Part shown: positions 60,093-64,000 of the stretch, in pieces | Layout: each line of letters opens with the position of its first letter | How positions within the stretch are numbered: position 1 is the first letter of the stretch | Assembly (NCBI GenBank): GCA_963669175.1 | Contig: OY769902.1 | Coordinates: 2,944,001 to 3,008,000, forward strand | Reading direction: 5' to 3' | Length of the DNA: 64,000 bases | Origin: a bacterium | GTDB taxonomy: Bacteria > Electryoneota > Electryoneia > Electryoneales > Electryoneaceae | Translations under genes and position numbers: made by a program | The notes under the pieces: model-generated | The model's input: the letters and a program-made list of their open reading frames with translations, nothing else | Told to the model about the DNA's origin: nothing | The model's database searches: none

Positions 60093-62381
60093 TTAGAACC
60101 TCACTTCGTATGAAAGCAACGGAATGATGGGAAGCAGTTTCACCTTTTCAACTTCAACCGGGTTTGTATCGTTGTCGTAACTCAGGAACCAGATTGAACG
60201 CCTGCTGTACACGTTATAGACACTCATGTTCAGCTTTGCCGGCAATTTGAAGAAATGGTGGTTGTAGGTGAATGTCACATCCAGACGGTGATCCGCCGGG
60301 AAACGGTAGTTGTTCTGTGCGCCGTACAGCATGCGACGGTTTGCATCCGGAAACATATCGTCCTTGACGCCCGGCAAGTGCTGGGTGTACATGGCCATGG
60401 CACGAGTGTAACCCTGACCGGTGTTGTAACGCCACTGGGCTGACATATCCCATTTCTCTGACAGGGCGTAGGTGCCCACCGCGATGAAGTCATGCCGACG
60501 GTCCCAGCGTGGATAGTACCAGTTGCCGAAGTTCACGTTGCTGCCCGGGAAACGACGCTTGGTCCAGGCAAGCGAATAACCAAGCCATCCGGTTAGTCGT
60601 CCTGCCTTCTTTCGCAGCATGAATTCAAAACCGTAAGCATACCCTTCACCGATAAAGGTGACATCCTTCATGGTTGTGCCACGGTCAACGGCCATATTGA
60701 ATTCATTGACATTGTGCAGGTCGTTGTAATACGACTCAAAAGTGAACTCGAGTCCCGGAACAGGGTCATGTTCAATACCCAGAACGATCTGGTCGGCATA
60801 CATCGGTTCAACGGTGCCGTCATTCGGCATCCAGATGTCCAGGAAGCTTGCCGCATCGCCGGAAGAAACAACTTCTATCCACTGGTAGTAGCGTCCCAGA
60901 GCGAGCTTGAATCGAGTCTGAGGGTTGTAGTGGTAAACAGTTGAGAAACGTGGTTCCAGCTTAACCTGTTCACCCTTTTCATGCCAGGACCAGCGCAGCC
61001 CCGGCATGACTTCCCATTGGGCGCCGATTTTCCAACTGTCCTGGATGTAATGGGAAATATTCCAGGCGTAATCATCAATGTCCATGTATACAACGTCTTC
61101 AGTCTGGTTTAGTACATCCACACTGTAGCGACGCGCTTCAATACCACTTTTAATGGTGTGGTTTACCAGGCCAAAATATTCGAAGTCCGTGCGGATAAGG
61201 TGCTCGTTAAAACGGTTCTTGAATTCCTGTACCGTTTCGCCTTCATTTTCAAAAGCGAATCCACTGGCATATCTGCTGAAAGAATACCCAAGTGTCACAT
61301 AGCTGTGATCTCCAGTTACCTGGCGCAGACGGGCCGTACTGGTTTTATTTCCCCAGTGCGTTTTTATCTCTATGGGACTGTCTGTATCACTGAACTCATA
61401 GGTCAGTTTGTCCAGTCCAAGGTAGCCACCCAGTGTCAGGGTTGTTTTCGGGGTAACGTCCAGGTTGACTTTTCCGTTGCCATCATAGAAGTAATAATTG
61501 GGCAGGTCTTCCACGCCAGATGATTCCAGCGCTTTCACAATACCGTCAAAATACGTGCGGCGTCCTGATACGGCATAAGAACCGATTCCTTTTGGCAATG
61601 GTCCTTCCAGGGCCATCTTGGTAGAAACGATACCCAGTGAAACCACGCCTTCATTCTTTTTCCGGTTTCCATCATTGGTAACAACCTCCAGCACACTACC
61701 GGCGCGGCTGCCGTATTCTGCAGGGAAGCCCCCCTTCATAAGCTGGATATGTTTGACCGCATCCCCGTTGAAGGTGCTGAACATGCCAAACAGGTGAGAT
61801 GGATTGTACACCGTGCTCTGGTCCATCTGGATCAGGGTCATGGCGCTGTTACCGCCACGTACATACAAGGCGCTGGAAATATCCGATGAAGCTTTAACAC
61901 CGGGAATGGCCTGCATGGCGCGCATGACATCCACTTCCGCGCCAAGGGCGGGGAGGGAGCGGATGGTGTTGGCGTCAACAGGTATAGTAGATACACGAGC
62001 GCTTTTCCTTATCTCGTCATCATCCGTTGCGCTCTGTGTATAGACTACTTCCTCAAGGGAAAGCCCAGCCGGCAGCAATTCAAGATTTACCGGGGTTGTT
62101 TCACTGCCATTCACCTTTACCTCGAATTCAGCGGTGTTGAAGCCCAGGTAACTGACTTTTAAGGTGTACATTCCCGACGGTAGAGCTGGAATGTGGAAGT
62201 AACCGTCAAGGTTTGTCGCTGCGCCACGTTCAGTACCAACAACAAGTACATTGGCTACCGGCAATGGCTCGCCGGATGTTTTATCCAGCACAAATCCACG
62301 AATTGCGCCGTCGGCGTGTGCTGATGTAACACAGAGGAGCAACAGCAGTACCGTCAATAAAAGAAATAGCTTGATGTTCAC
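60093..62381 (-). CDS. TonB-dependent receptor with carboxypeptidase-regulatory-like N-terminal domain
   Basis: G.V.D..SGEPL..ANV, plug motif IPGV...LYVRGG, KGGFPAEYG.R and HRLD motifs; terminal Phe. Confidence 0.92.
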   Translation of the reverse strand: MNIKLFLLLTVLLLLLCVTSAHADGAIRGFVLDKTSGEPLPVANVLVVGTERGAATNLDGYFHIPALPSGMYTLKVSYLGFNTAEFEVKVNGSETTPVNLELLPAGLSLEEVVYTQSATDDDEIRKSARVSTIPVDANTIRSLPALGAEVDVMRAMQAIPGVKASSDISSALYVRGGNSAMTLIQMDQSTVYNPSHLFGMFSTFNGDAVKHIQLMKGGFPAEYGSRAGSVLEVVTNDGNRKKNEGVVSLGIVSTKMALEGPLPKGIGSYAVSGRRTYFDGIVKALESSGVEDLPNYYFYDGNGKVNLDVTPKTTLTLGGYLGLDKLTYEFSDTDSPIEIKTHWGNKTSTARLRQVTGDHSYVTLGYSFSRYASGFAFENEGETVQEFKNRFNEHLIRTDFEYFGLVNHTIKSGIEARRYSVDVLNQTEDVVYMDIDDYAWNISHYIQDSWKIGAQWEVMPGLRWSWHEKGEQVKLEPRFSTVYHYNPQTRFKLALGRYYQWIEVVSSGDAASFLDIWMPNDGTVEPMYADQIVLGIEHDPVPGLEFTFESYYNDLHNVNEFNMAVDRGTTMKDVTFIGEGYAYGFEFMLRKKAGRLTGWLGYSLAWTKRRFPGSNVNFGNWYYPRWDRRHDFIAVGTYALSEKWDMSAQWRYNTGQGYTRAMAMYTQHLPGVKDDMFPDANRRMLYGAQNNYRFPADHRLDVTFTYNHHFFKLPAKLNMSVYNVYSRRSIWFLSYDNDTNPVEVEKVKLLPIIPLLSYEVRF

Positions 62382-62705
62382 GATGTCCCTCTAAGCGCTC
62401 TGAAATGGAAATGGTTTTTTTTTTTAATCAACCGTTGCCCCGCACCTTGGCAAAATAGAGACCTGAAAATGAAGAATGGCTCGAAATAAAACGCAAATAA
62501 TCAGATCGCCAAGATAATCAATGAGATAGTAGGTGGAAAGGTGTCTCCAATATGACTCGCAAAAAAAATGACTCTGAATAGAAGAAATGGAGAGTGTTCC
62601 TGATCACAACAATTTTTGAGTATTTGTTGCATTTCGACAACAGTTCCCCATGAGAATAATACTCCACTTTGATGTATATTGCACGAGGAGAGCATGGGGA
62701 AGCTA

Positions 62706-62760
62706 TTGACAAAGGCATAGGTTGGAGGTATATATTCGACCACTATACGAAAAAAGTCGA
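62706..62760 (+). promoter_or_regulatory. tetR promoter and operator O1
   Basis: TTGACA (62706-62711), TATATA/TATATT -10 region, then TCGAC-N15-GTCGA (62736..62760). Confidence 0.75.
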
Positions 62761-62769
62761 GGAGTCCAG

Positions 62770-63357
62770 GTGGCCAGTGATCAGGATGTTCGGGAACAAA
62801 TCGTTGCCGCAGCAAGTAGAGTATATCGGAAATGGGGCATGAAAAAGACCACCATGGAGGATATTGCTGCTGAAGCCGGTAAAGGTAAAGCGACACTATA
62901 TTACTATTTCAAGAGTAAGGAGGAAGTGTTTCAGTCGGTGTTGGAAAGGCATTTCTTTGAAATTCAGCAGACCATCAAGCAGGAGATGAATAAGGTTACC
63001 TCGGCGACGGATAAACTGAAGCGTTATGCCATTACCATGTTCGTTGAAGCCAGGAAGCAGGTAACTGTATTCGCCTTGTTGAAGCAGGAAGTACGCGAAG
63101 ACAAAAAGCTGCTCTATGAATTACGGGAAAGCTTCGATTCTTATGATATTCACATCATCAAGGAAATCATGTATTACGGTTTTGAACGCGGTGAATTTGC
63201 CCGATTAAGCGCGAAAGAGATGTCTACTATTGCCTATGCTGTATCATCCATGATTCGTGGCATTGTTCTGAATGTCCTGCTTGATCTTAATACACAGGAT
63301 GACGAAGAACGGCTTGAAACAATCTGCGAATTTGTAGCGCGTGGATTACGAGTCTGA
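62770..63357 (+). CDS. TetR/AcrR family regulator
   Basis: TTMEDIAAEAGKGKATLYYYFKSKEEV HTH; likely GTG start after GAGGAG. Confidence 0.95.
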   Translation: MASDQDVREQIVAAASRVYRKWGMKKTTMEDIAAEAGKGKATLYYYFKSKEEVFQSVLERHFFEIQQTIKQEMNKVTSATDKLKRYAITMFVEARKQVTVFALLKQEVREDKKLLYELRESFDSYDIHIIKEIMYYGFERGEFARLSAKEMSTIAYAVSSMIRGIVLNVLLDLNTQDDEERLETICEFVARGLRV

Positions 63358-63375
63358 ATTTTTTTTATTCTAATA

Positions 63376-63537
63376 TCGACCAGCGAACGATGATAGTCGA
63401 AAGGGCGAAAGAAGAATTTTTACATATGATCATGGGAAAGCAGCTTGCATAAACGTGTGCGCTGGGGAAAAAGGGATCAAATTGGTGAAAACCATTTTTT
63501 TGTGGCAAAGATTCGACCAGGGAACGAAAAAAGTCCA
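63376..63537 (+). promoter_or_regulatory. Candidate TetR operators O2 (63376..63400) and O3 (63513..63537)
   Basis: TCGACCAGCGAACGATGATAGTCGA and TCGACCAGGGAACGAAAAAAGTCCA match O1. Confidence 0.75.
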
Positions 63538-63559
63538 AGGGACGATAGAGGGTGTTAAG

Positions 63560-64000
63560 ATGAAAAGCTTACGCATTCCATTGCTGATAGTGTTTGTCAT
63601 GAGCGCGTTCAGCATGTTTAACGGCTGTACATCGAATTCAAAGGCGAAAGAAGCTGGATACGAGACTCGTGTGGAAGTCCAGCAGGTTCGTTACATCGAT
63701 GATCGTGAGCGGATTCGCTATAGCGGTACTATTGAAGAGTCCGTGACCATTCCTGCCGCATTTGCGGTCAACGGCATCGTCAGTGAAGTGTTTGTTCGTG
63801 AAGGTGAGAAAGTCCAGAAAGGTCAACTTCTGGCAACGCTTGATAATGCCACTTTCCAGAATGCTTACCTGATGGCGGAAGCTACGTATAAGCGTGCGAT
63901 TGATGCAGTAGAGAGGCTTCGTCCCATGCACGAAAACGGCAACCTGCCGGATATCAAGATGGTCGAAGCCGAAACAGGGCTTCAGCAGGCCACCGCTGCG
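63560..64000 (+). CDS. RND efflux periplasmic adaptor (membrane fusion lipoprotein), runs off the window
   Basis: Hand translation MKSLRIPLLIVFVMSAFSMFNGC...YSGTIE...AFAVNGIVSEVFVREGEKVQKGQLLATLD, a lipoyl-like MFP motif. Confidence 0.9.
   Translation, partial: MKSLRIPLLIVFVMSAFSMFNGCTSNSKAKEAGYETRVEVQQVRYIDDRERIRYSGTIEESVTIPAAFAVNGIVSEVFVREGEKVQKGQLLATLDNATFQNAYLMAEATYKRAIDAVERLRPMHENGNLPDIKMVEAETGLQQATAA

Overview
A gene-dense chromosomal segment from a diderm bacterium. Inferred to be FCB-superphylum-like, because five secreted proteins end in the PNPFN-type C-terminal sorting domain. Housekeeping and regulatory genes: lexA, a bifunctional nuclease, two sensor kinases, ktrB/ktrA, yraN, pgpA, a CheY-like/HDOD pair, an Rrf2 regulator, pdhA-pdhB-pdhC-lpdA plus a lipoate ligase, rubredoxin (missed by the ORF track), argF, MEMO, a sulfotransferase, a Tat phosphoesterase, YyaL, a TonB receptor operon, tetR and the start of an RND efflux operon. 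Large secreted proteins: a 3221-aa protein of 28 FnIII-like repeats and a 1682-aa gingipain-like (C25) protein. Intergenic DNA holds at least five REP/MITE-like families, an intact IS701-like element with a 7-bp target duplication, and an IS110 remnant inserted at the centre of a REP-like palindrome. Best leads: (1) a recurring acidic LD-E motif at the C25 propeptide junction, in a C25 linker and in 10 loop insertions of the giant protein, suggesting an acid-specific (caspase-like) maturation system for secreted proteins; (2) single secreted-protein genes bracketed by 255-448 bp direct repeats with no integrase; (3) REPIN-like elements with a fixed motif skeleton and variable spacers, targeted by IS110. 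No rRNA, tRNA or CRISPR array was recognised. All calls come from reading the sequence by eye; no searches were run.
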